Positions 1 through 11,736 of a stretch of 64,000 nt of DNA are shown in pieces. Within the stretch, counting starts at the first letter, position 1, and each line of letters begins with the position of its first letter. Under the pieces are notes generated by a model. The model saw only the letters and a list, made by a program, of their open reading frames with translations. It made no database searches and was not told the origin of the DNA. Origin of the DNA: Eledone cirrhosa (Eukaryota). The position numbers and the translations under genes were made by a program. The stretch spans positions 388,058,001-388,122,000 of the forward strand of contig OZ024741.1 in NCBI GenBank assembly GCA_964016885.1, read 5' to 3'.

Positions 1-3000
1 TACTTCAAACTCTTAACAATATTTCAAATATATGTTACTATTTCAAACTCTTAATTCCCGCTCCTTAATATCTACTTCCCCTCCACCACACTCTACAACA
101 TGCGGTCAAATCACCACCACCATCCACCCCTCTCTCTCTCTACCCAACCCAGATACATATATAAGACAAAGTAATTCACTTTCGCCAAACTTGTGGCTGT
201 AACTTCATTCATTCATGGTTCTAATGTAATGTACTCATTTTTCCACCTCTTCTAACATACGCCTAACTCCATAGTCCTTCCAACAGCATTTTTAGTCCTT
301 CCAACAGCATTTTTAGTCCTTCCAATAGCATTTTTTCTATCCTCTTTCCATTCCCCATGTATTTTCCCAAAACAAATCTCTTGTATTTCTGTCATGCTTG
401 TAAAAATACGGTAGTTTTTGACGTATATTTACTAAACAAATCTTGTATTTTTGTTCGTTAATACGGGGTTCTCACTTAAACCTATCTTCTCGCTAACAAT
501 TCAACACCCCTCCCTCCCGCCCCCACACACCACCATTATTATTACGTGGACCAATCATAAGCCAGAGGCCTATACTATCGCTTACCTGGTCGCCTTCGAT
601 ATGTAGGATGGAAGGACTATGGAGTTCCGGAGAGTTGAAGAGAGAAAAATCTGGACGCTCAGCGACAATGCCAAAGTTAAAGACAATCACACCTCGAGGA
701 CGAAAATGCGAGCATGCCTCTTTGTTTCGGCCGCGGATGGCTAACATAACCCCATCTCCCCCCGCTCCCCACCTTTCCAACCCCCCAAACACAATCCAAA
801 ACTTCAGATTTGGTACCTTGAATGTAGGCACCTTAAAGGGTCGCTCTAACGAGGTTGTAGAAATGCTTGAACGTAAGGAGGTCGATGTTTGTTGTATTCA
901 AGAGACCAGGTGGAGGGGTGAATCTGCTAGATACATTGTGGGTAGAAAACGATGCTATAAGCTTTTCTGGGTGGGAAACGACAATGGGCTGGGTGGAGTA
1001 GGAATCATGGTAGCAGAAAAGTGGGCAGATAAGATAATAGACGTAAATAGAGTAAACGACAGAATAATTAAAATAAGACTTGTCCTCAATAGAACTACGG
1101 TGACAGTAATATCCGCGTACGCACCCCAATCCGGACTGCCCAGCACTATAAAAGACAGATTCTATGAGACACTGATGCTCACTACCTCCCAAATAACCGA
1201 CAGTGACTATATAATTATTGCAGGCGACCTAAACGGTCACGTTGGACAACATTGTGACGGCTACGACGAAATCCATGGAGGCTATGGGTTTGGTACTAGA
1301 AATGAGGAAGGCTCCAGAATCCTGGAATTCTGTGATGCAAATAACCTAACTATCTGCAACACTAACTTCAAAAAACGAGACAATCACTTGATCACCTACA
1401 GATCAGGGGAACATACTAGCCAGGTAGACTATATCCTTACCAGAAGACGTGACAAAGTGACTGTCGTAAACACTAAAACCCTCCCCCATGAAGAATGCAC
1501 TTCCCAACATAGACTGATAATTAGCGACCTAATAGTCAGGACGAGACGTACTAGACAACAGAAGAGGACTATCCTCAGGAGAAAAATATGGAAGCTAAAG
1601 GACCCCACAGCCAGAAATAAATTCCAAAGCATATTACTTGATGCTTTCGACAGTAAGGAAGAGCATTTAGAGTCGGACAATATAGAGGGACAGTGGGAAT
1701 CCTGACGGCAAACCTGCTGATGGCGGCAGACGAAGTCTGTGGCTGGAGCAGGCCTGTAGGCAGGAGGAGAGTAACATGGTGGTGGAACAGTAAGGTGGAG
1801 GGGTCAATTAAGGCCAAAAAGCAGGCTTGGAAAGTATGGCGGGATGGGGGAAGTAGAGAAGACTATCAAGTGGCCAGGAGGGAAGCCAGGAGACAAGTGT
1901 ACTTCGCAAGAAGGGAAGCAGAGGAAAGAAAGTTCAAGCATGTTCTACAACGCGATGACCAAAAACGTGAGGTGTTCAGGATTGCTAGGCAATGCGTCAA
2001 GGAAAACAGTGATATTGTCGGGGAGAAGTGTGTACTTCACGATGACGGCATACTTGCCATCACCGACGCCGATAAGAAGGTAGCTTGGAAGTGTCACTAT
2101 GAAAGGCTACTAAATGAGGAGAATAAATGGGAGAAAGACAGTCTCCCCCACATCGACCCAATAGAGGGACCAGCAGTGTTAGTCGAGGGTAGTATAATAA
2201 GTAAGGCAATCAAAGATATGAAGACAGGCAAGGCGGCTGGGCCTTCGGAAATAGTTGCCGAGATGCTGAAGGCATCTGGTACGGTGGGACACACCATGGT
2301 CACCCGGATAGTCAACCAAGTCATACAGAATGGGGTTGTTCCGAAGGACTGGCGCAGCAGCATTATCGTTAACTGTTATAAGGGTAAAGGAGATGTCCTA
2401 GATAGGAGTAACTATAGAGGCATTAAATTAATCGACCAGGTCATGAAGGTCACGGAAAAAGTTATAGCGCAACTAATCAGAGAGCGAATTGATCTAGATG
2501 AAATGCAGTTCGGGTTTGTGTCAGGAAAAAGTACCACAGACGCTCTTTTCATTGTACGACAACTACAGGAGAAGTACCTAGCTAAAAGTAAACCCCTATA
2601 CTTAGCTTTCGTCGACTTGGAGAAGGCCTTCGACAGAGTCCCCCGTTCCATTATCTGGTGGGCTCTTAGAAAACTAGGTGTTGATGAATGGCTTGTGAGA
2701 GCTATACAAGCCATGTATAAAGAAACAGTCAGCAAGGTTAGAATTAACAACGAATATAGTGAAGAGTTTAGTGTAAAAGTTGGTGTTCATCAGGGCTCTA
2801 TTCTTAGCCCCCTACTATTTATTATTGCCCTCCAGGCTATAACAGTGGAGTTCAAGACCAGCTGCCCATGGGAACTCCTATACGCAGACGACCTGACACT
2901 CATAGCTGAATCAATGGCCGAGCTAGAGAAGAAATTCCAAACATGGAAGCACGGCCTAGAATCAAAAGGCCTTAAAATTAACCTGGCTAAGACTAAAGTT

Positions 3001-4218
3001 CTAGTTTGTAAGAAAGAAAATAAGGCGGCGGTCCCTTTCGGGAAGTGACCATGCTCAGTGTGTAGGAAAGGCGTAGGTAGAAACTCCATTTTGTGTCCCA
3101 AATGCAAAGTTTGGGTGCATAAAAGATGTAGTGGGATCACAGGTAAGCTAACTAAGAACATAGATTTTACATGTGGCCGGTGTTCTGGGGAAATAAGTAG
3201 CAGCAAGTGCCCACAAAATACTAGCTCTTTCAACTGCGCAGAGGGTTCTATAGAAATAGTGGACAGCTTCCGTTACCTGGGTGACAAAATCAGCAGTGGG
3301 GGAGGGTGCTCTGAAAGTACAGTAGCTAGAGTCAGAACTGGGTGGAAAAGGTTCAGAGAGCTTATACCACTATTAGCCGCTAAAGGGTTCTCCCTAAAAA
3401 TGAAAGGCAGGCTGTACGATGCCTGCATACGAACAGCAATGTTGCATGGCAGTGAGACCTGGGCATTGTGTGCAGAGGATATACGCAGACTAGGAGAAAC
3501 GAAGCTTGCATGCTCCGCTGGATGTGTAATAGTAATATACGTGAACGGCAAAGCATAAACGAACTAAGGAAAAAATTAGAAATAAGAGGGATCAGATGTT
3601 GTTTAATAGAGAGAAGGCTACGTTGGTATGGTCACGTGATGCGCATGAAGGACGATAGCTGTATAACAAATTGCAGGGCAATAAAGATAGACGGTAGCCA
3701 CGGAATAGGCAGACCCAGAAAAACCTGGGACGAGCTGATAAACTCCGACCTCACACACTTACACCTCACCAAGACAATGTCACTGGACCGAGACCTTTGG
3801 CGGTACTCAGTAATAGAGAAGACCCGCCTTACCTAAATACAAAGTAAAACTTACTACAGTCAGTAGGCATCTCTAACAAAATACACCCCCGTCCCACCAC
3901 CCCCACCCCATCCACACCGCCCCCTTCTATGTAAAGTTATGTTGGTGCCACACCATCCAGGGCGAAACAAATGAGATCGTGTAGGTGTCACGACAAAAAA
4001 ACACACAGTCCACGCTGTAATGTGGCCGTGTAGGCAACACGGTAAAAACCTCCCAGACCCACACTGTAAATGTGGTTGGTGTTAGGGAGGGCATCCAACT
4101 GTAGAAAACATACCAGACAGTCCTATGCGAGCAAGACAATCACTCTTGCCTCAATTGGGAATACCCCCGTCCAAACCCATGCAAGCGTGGAACACGGACG
4201 TTAAACGTTGATGATGAT
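1..4218 (+). mobile_element. RTE-clade non-LTR retrotransposon, family 1, copy A (near full length, disrupted; 5' end may extend beyond window)
   Basis: APE ORF 608-1705 (TLNVGTL, CIQETRW, SAYAPQ, AGDLNGHVG, QVDYIL, SQHRL); RT ORF 1693-3048 (QFGF, FVDLEKAFD, GVHQGS, YADD); C-terminal pieces 3058-3558 and 3468-3836; 3'UTR ends ...GGACGTTAAACGTTGATGATGAT, then (TA)n. Confidence 0.95.
608..3836 (+). pseudogene. Disrupted RTE APE-RT polyprotein (frameshift ~1700, TGA at 3046-3048, frameshift ~3495)
   Basis: Four ORF pieces are collinear with the intact ORF at 32353-35523. Confidence 0.92.
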
Positions 4219-4233
4219 ATATGTATATATATG

Positions 4234-4264
<31 letters not shown>

Positions 4265-4365
4265 GTATATATATGTATATATATATATATATATGTATAT
4301 ATATGTATATATATGTATATATATGTATATATATATACATATATATATATATATGTATATATATG

Positions 4366-4428
<63 letters not shown>

Positions 4429-4479
4429 GTATATATATGTATATATATATATATATATGTATATATATGTATATATATG

Positions 4480-4510
<31 letters not shown>

Positions 4511-4525
4511 GTATATGTATATATG

Positions 4526-4556
<31 letters not shown>

Positions 4557-4683
4557 GTATATATATATATGTACATATATGTATATATACATATATGTAT
4601 ATATATATATGTATATGTATATGTATATATATAGATGTATATATATATGTATATATATGTATATATATATATATATATGTATA

Positions 4684-4738
<55 letters not shown>

Positions 4739-5079
4739 GTATATATATATATGTATATATATATATGTATATATATATATGTATATATATATATGTATAT
4801 ATATATATGTATATATATATATGTATATATATATATGTATATATATATATGTATATATATATATATGTATATGTATATATGTATATGTATATATGTATAT
4901 GTATATATGTATATGTATATATGTATATGTATATATGTATATGTATATATGTATATGTATATATATGTATATGTATATATGTATATGTATATATGTATAT
5001 ATGTATATGTATATACGTATATGTATATATGTATATGTATATATGTATATGTATATACGTATATGTATATATATATATG

Positions 5080-5111
<32 letters not shown>

Positions 5112-5284
5112 TATATGTATATGTATATGTGTATATGTATATATGTATATGTATATATGTATATATATATATGTATATATATATATATGTATATATATAT
5201 CTGTATAAATGTGTCTGTATATATGTGTCTGTATATATGTGTATGTATATATATATATATGTATATATATATATGTATATATAT
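4219..5284. repeat. Degenerate (TA)n/(TATG)n microsatellite, ~1.07 kb
   Basis: Direct reading. Confidence 0.98.
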
Positions 5285-5885
5285 GTAGAAGTTAATATGT
5301 CCAGGGATACTAGGTACCCCTAGAAATACATAGGTTGTCTATGATTCAAGGTTGTTCAATGGTGTTAATTTGATACACCAGAACTTTAATATTAAGATAA
5401 GCAGAACAAGTAAAATTCAATCAATTTTTCAAAATACATTAAAAAATATAATATAAATATTTACCTCTTCTAGTGGCCCTTACTTATCAGTTTCGCTTTG
5501 TAAAACCTCATAAATCCGATGGATTTATGATGGAAAACCAAAGCTCATCAGAGAAGCATTTTCCCTTCCTAGGGCTAAACGTCCCAGGAACGACAAAATA
5601 TACAACCTCCTGCCAGCTAATAAAGGTCTGAAAGGTCGTAAAATTGACCTGTATGTAAACTGGACCGAAGTAAAAGCGGGAAAATCAAAGACTTGCTGTC
5701 TACAATTACTACTAAAAAAATAGCAGCCAAGTAGAGAGACAGATTTGTTCTCAACGGACGGAGAAAAAGGTAGAAGTTAATATGTCCAGGGATACTAGGT
5801 ACCCCTAGAAATACATAGGTTGTCTATGATTCAAGGTTGTTCAATGGTGTTAATTTGATACACCAGAACTTTAATATTAAGATAA
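5285..5885 (-). mobile_element. Non-autonomous Penelope-like/retrozyme-like module with 116-bp direct terminal repeats
   Basis: 5285-5400 matches 5770-5885 (period 485 bp); internal hammerhead motif; (TA)n on both sides. Confidence 0.65.
5475..5557 (-). ncRNA. Type I hammerhead ribozyme motif
   Basis: Minus strand: CTGATGA (5551-5545), stem II GCTTTG/CAAAGC with inserted hairpin TCATAAATCC/GGATTTATGA, GAAA, stem III ACT-GATA-AGT, GTA cleavage triplet; stem I weak (two G-U pairs). Confidence 0.7.
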
Positions 5886-6017
5886 AATGTATATATGTAT
5901 GTATATATGTATGTATATATGTATATATATATATGTATATATATATATGTATATGTATATATATATATGTATATATATGTATATATATATATGTATGTAT
6001 ATGTATATATGTATATG

Positions 6018-6069
<52 letters not shown>

Positions 6070-6125
6070 TGTATATATATGTATATATATATATGTATAT
6101 ATATATATATGTATATATATATATG

Positions 6126-6195
<70 letters not shown>

Positions 6196-6261
6196 CATAT
6201 ATATATATTTATATATATATGTATATATATATATGTATATATATATGTATATATATATATG

Positions 6262-6306
<45 letters not shown>

Positions 6307-6367
6307 GTATATATATATGTATATGTATATATATATGTATATATATATATATATGTATATATATATG

Positions 6368-6430
<63 letters not shown>

Positions 6431-6431
6431 G

Positions 6432-6463
<32 letters not shown>

Positions 6464-6493
6464 TGTATATATATGTATGTATATATATATATA
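5886..6493. repeat. Degenerate (TA)n/(TATG)n microsatellite
   Basis: Direct reading. Confidence 0.98.
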
Positions 6494-7570
6494 TCATCAT
6501 CATCATCAACATTTAACGTCCATGTTCCACGCTTGCATGGGTTTGGACGGGGGTAGTCCCACTTGAGGCAAGAGTGATTGTCTTGCTCGCATAGGACTGT
6601 CTGGCAGGTTTTCTACAGTTGGATGCCCTTCCTAACACCAACCACATTTACAGTGTGGGTCTGGGAGGTTTTTTACCGTGTTGCCTACACGGCCACATTA
6701 CAGCGTGGACTGTGTGTTTTTTTGTCGTGACACCTACACGATCTCATTTGTTTCGGCCTCGATGGCGCGGCACCAACATAACTTTACATAGAACGGGGTG
6801 GTGTGGAGGGGGTGGGGGTGGTGGGACGGGGTGTATTTTGTTAGAGATGCCTACTGGCTGGAGTAGGTTTTACTATATATTTATGTAAGGCGGGTCTTCT
6901 CTGTTACTGAGTACCGCCAAAGGTCTCGGTCCAGTGACATTGTCTTGGAGAGGTGTAAGTGTGTGATGTCGGAGTTTATCAGCTCGTCCCAGGTTTTTCT
7001 AGGTCTGCCTATTCCGTGACTACCGTCTATCTTTATTGCCCTGCACTTTGTTATACAGCTATCGACTTTCATGCGCATCACGTGTCCATACCAACGTAGC
7101 CTTCTCTCGAGTAAACAACATCTGATCCCTCTTATCTCTAATTTTTTCCTTAGTTCGTTTATGCTTTGCCGTTCACGTATATTACTGTTACACATCCAGC
7201 GGAGCATGCAAGCTTCGTTCCTCTCTAGTCTGCGTATATCCTCTGCACACAATGCCCAGGTCTCACTGCCATGCAGCATTGCTGTTCGTATGCAGGCATC
7301 GTACAACCTGCCTTTCATTTTTAGGGAGAACCCTTTAGCAGCTAATAGTGGTATAAGCTCTCTGAACTTTTTCCAACCAGTTCTGACTCTAGCTACAGTA
7401 CTCTCAGAGCACCCTCCCCCACTGCTGATTTTATCGCCCAGGTAACGGAAGCTGTCCACTATTTCTATAGAACCCTCTGCGCAATTGAAAGAGCTAGTAT
7501 TTTGTGGGCACTTGCTGCTACTTATTGCACCAGAACACCGGCCACATGTAAAATCTATGTTCTTAGTTAG
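6494..7570 (-). mobile_element. RTE family 1, 5'-truncated copy B
   Basis: ORF 6881-7570 matches the RTE C-terminus; (ATC)n tail at 6494; shares diagnostic variants (KVDSC, DITHL, SVTEK) with intact copy G. Confidence 0.95.
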
Positions 7571-7604
7571 ATATATATGTGTGTGTGTATATATATATGT
7601 ATAT

Positions 7605-7945
7605 GGAGGCACATAGCTTAGTGGTTAGGGCATTGGCCTTGCAATCGAAAGGTTGTGAGTTCAATTCTCAGACCGGGTAATGTGTTGTTTCCTTGAGCAA
7701 GACACTTTATTTCACATTGCTCCAGTTTACTCAGCTGTAGAAATGAGATGATAGGACCGGGATCCCTATCATTCCACTGCAAAGTGGTCGTGGAGGTGCC
7801 ACGGCAAAAAAGCACCCAGCACTCATTGTAAATGAGGTTGGTGTTAGGAAGGGCATCCAGCTGTAGAAATGAAGCCAGAATCAGTTCCCGTCCCACCCTT
7901 GCAAGCAGGGAAAAAGCAGACGTAAAATGAAATGATGATGATGAT
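7605..7945 (+). mobile_element. tRNA-derived SINE with CORE-like centre and RTE-derived 3' tail (copy 1)
   Basis: A-box-like TAGCTTAGTGG, B-box-like GAGTTCAATTC, CORE-like CCTTGAGCAAGACACTT; 3' half matches the family-2 RTE 3'UTR; (ATG)n tail; near-identical copies at 19002 and 39740. Confidence 0.88.
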
Positions 7946-8009
7946 ATATATGTATATATATATATATGTATATATATGTATATATATATATATAAATGTA
8001 TATATATTC

Positions 8010-8720
8010 AGTAATTAGGAGTATTCCAAAGCTTGGTAGAACAAGTTGTGAGGAAAGTTCTCAACATACGTTAAGGTGACTCGACAGGTTGGTAGGGATT
8101 CAGTAGTGGAAACACGAACAAACGAGGAGTGTAATCAAAAAAGAGAAATAGGACGAAGGTAAACAGTTATAAAAGAATTTAATCCATGTATTAACAATTG
8201 TTTCATCAGAATTTCAGTCCATTATTGCTACACTATGTAATAATAGGCAATCAAGAAAGATACTGTAGCATCCGAATTTTCAAAATACAAAGTTGGAATG
8301 ACCTTAGGAAATTAAATAAGGGGTAGTAGTGTAAGATAGAGGAACAGAGAGAGAGGGGGGAAAAAGAGAGGGAGAGAGAGAAAAGGGATGGAGGTAGGAA
8401 GAGAAAGAGATAGGGTGGTGTGAGAGGATTTGTATAGAATATAGTTAAGTTACAAGAAGGGAGGGAGAGGAGGGTTGTGTGCTAAAAGTTGTGATAAGTA
8501 GAGGGAGAGAGAAGGAAGATATAATTTTAAGTGGCATTTGGTAGTGGACAGGCGAAAGACTTACCAGAGAATAGATGAAGGAGGAAAGTATTAAATTTCA
8601 TATATAGTCTATTTTTAGGAGTGTGGAATTGTTATTTAGGGTAGAAAGAGAGGTAGTGTTAAGATTTAGTTGAAGGTTTGAAGTGTGAGAATTTTGCTTT
8701 CAGTTTATGCTGGCAAAAAA
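8010..8720 (-). mobile_element. Degenerate Penelope-like element 3' end with decayed hammerhead
   Basis: Minus strand near 8660-8700 reads like a frameshifted GIY-YIG ORF end (HFKPS/LN). At 8288-8188 the minus strand reads GTATT-TTGAAAA-TTCGGA...TCTGAT-GAAAC-AATT-GTT-AATAC (core has two substitutions). Confidence 0.4.
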
Positions 8721-8731
8721 TTGTATATATA

Positions 8732-9422
8732 TATATGTATACAGACGTACAGTAGTATGCATATATATATATACATGTATGTATGGATTCACCGAACATT
8801 TATTATAATGCTCGGTGTGGTTGTAAACAAACATCCCGTATTAAGCTGTAGTGTCTAGCAACCATCGTTGCTCGTTTGTTCAACCCAATTTGCATATCGA
8901 GTGGGTTAATCGGCCGGGTGCACCGAAAACGATAAACTTATATTTAAGTAACAGCCGTACTAAGAGTGGGAAATGAAATTTCTTTCATTTTTTCCGTTTA
9001 TTGTTTTCGGTGCACCCGGCCGATTAACCCACTCGATATGCAAATTGGGCTACTCAACCGTTAATATGTATGAGGTAAGTATATACGTTCAACGATCTGG
9101 CAGGAAGGTATACATTGCTGACGATAGCTAATAAGCTTGAAACTAGTACATCGTTCCTTTGTCAGTGTTGAACAAACGAGCAACGATGGTTGCTAGACAC
9201 TACGGCTTAATACGGGATGTTTGTTTACAAACAAACCGAACATTATAATAAATGTTCGGTGAATCCATACGTACATATATATATGTGGGCATGTATGTAT
9301 ATATATATATGCATACTACTGTACGTCTGTATACATATAAGTATGTACGTGTACATACTTATATTTAAGTAACAGCCGTACTAAGAGTGGGAAATGAAAT
9401 TTCTTTCATTTTTTCCGTTTAT
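8732..9422 (+). mobile_element. Penelope-like/retrozyme-like module with direct and inverted repeats
   Basis: Direct repeat 8937-9001 = 9358-9422; inverted repeats 8732-8884/9167-9339 and 8885-8937/8996-9049; internal hammerhead. Confidence 0.65.
9105..9160 (+). ncRNA. Minimal type I hammerhead ribozyme motif
   Basis: CTGACGA 9118-9124, stem II AGC/GCT, GAAAC-TA-GTA 9139-9148 (palindromic CTAG stem III); stem I imperfect. Confidence 0.6.
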
Positions 9423-10117
<695 letters not shown>

Positions 10118-10597
10118 CCTTTGGCGGTACTCAGTAACAGAGAAGACCCGCCTTACCTAAATATATAGTAAAACCTACTCCAACCAGTAGGCATCTCTAA
10201 CAAAATACACCCCCCCCCCCAACCCCCATCCACACCACCCCGTTCTATGTAAAGTTATGTTGGTGCCGCGCCGTAGGCCGAAACAAATGAGATCGTGTAG
10301 GTGTCACGATAAAAAAACACACAGTCCACGCTGTAATGTGGCCGTGTAGGCAACACGGTAAAAACCTCCCAGACCCACACTGTAAATGTGGTTGGTGTTA
10401 GGAAGGGCATCCAACTGTAGAAAACCTGCCAGACAGTCCTATGCGAGCAAGACAATCACTCTTGCCTCAAGTGGGCTACCCCCGTTCAAACCCATGCAAG
10501 CGTGGAACACGGACGTTAAACGTTGATGATGATGATGATGTATGTCCAAACCCATGCAAGCGTGGAACACGGACGTTAAACGTTGATGATGATGATA
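10118..10597 (+). mobile_element. RTE family 1, short 5'-truncated copy with duplicated 3' terminus
   Basis: [13 protein letters not shown] plus 3'UTR; last ~50 bp and (GAT)n occur twice (10487-10540, 10544-10597). Confidence 0.92.
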
Positions 10598-10607
10598 TAT
10601 ATATATA

Positions 10608-10654
<47 letters not shown>

Positions 10655-10888
10655 GTATAAACAATTAAGTTAAAAAAAAAAATTACATCTACATATGCAT
10701 ACTGAAATACTAGTGTGTATATGAATACACACCCGTATACATATGTATATGTAACAAGTCTTTCACTGGTTGCTTTACTGTGAGCACCCAGCTATTCTGT
10801 ATGTAAACACACAGACAAACCGGTTTTTAGAGTCATACTGGTTTTTGAGGGAACACCTTCCCTCTATTCTCCAGAAAGCCAGACAAGG

Positions 10889-10933
10889 AATATTGAACTA
10901 GTTTCGTTGTTGTTACAACTCATCAGCAATATT
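10889..10933 (-). ncRNA. Minimal type I hammerhead ribozyme (best-formed in window), inside a ~370-bp island between (TA)n tracts
   Basis: Minus: AATATTG-CTGATGA-GTTGT-AACA-ACAAC-GAAAC-TA-GTT-CAATATT; 7-bp stem I, 5-bp stem II, intact core. Confidence 0.85.
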
Positions 10934-11024
10934 TACCTATCTACCGGCCCTTCTGGAGAATTGTAAAAGCACATATCGTTATATGCTTTTTCTATGAAAA
11001 TTAGTAGTGGGCAGACTAATTTGC

Positions 11025-11079
11025 ATATATATATATATATGTATGTATATATATATGTATATATATATGTATGTATATA

Positions 11080-11136
<57 letters not shown>

Positions 11137-11139
11137 ATA

Positions 11140-11196
<57 letters not shown>

Positions 11197-11239
11197 ATAT
11201 ATATGTATATATATATATGTGTATATATATGTATATATA

Positions 11240-11308
<69 letters not shown>

Positions 11309-11401
11309 ATATATATGTATGTATATATATATGTATGTATATATATATGTATGTATATATATATATGTATATGTATATATATATGTATGTATATATATAT
11401 G

Positions 11402-11460
<59 letters not shown>

Positions 11461-11503
11461 ATATATATATGTATGTATATATATATGTATGTATATATAT
11501 ATG

Positions 11504-11539
<36 letters not shown>

Positions 11540-11550
11540 TGTATATATAT
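11025..11550. repeat. Degenerate (TA)n/(TATG)n microsatellite
   Basis: Direct reading. Confidence 0.98.
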
Positions 11551-11703
11551 GAAATATAGTTTTTACATTGAGCTACTTAACTTACTGGTAATAAGGTAGT
11601 AATACATTACTGCCTACCACTATTTAGGGTGTGTGTAAAATACTTACAACTGCTTAAGGTTTTGTGTTTACATAACCATAAATAGTATAACTAATACTAT
11701 ATG

Positions 11704-11736
<33 letters not shown>

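Noticed and set aside
7605-7680. Functional tRNA gene at the SINE heads
   Set aside because: No complete cloverleaf; it continues into CORE-like and LINE-tail sequence in three copies
11551-11700. Short hairpin-rich island as another ribozyme module
   Set aside because: No CTGANGA/GAAA core on either strand; left unassigned
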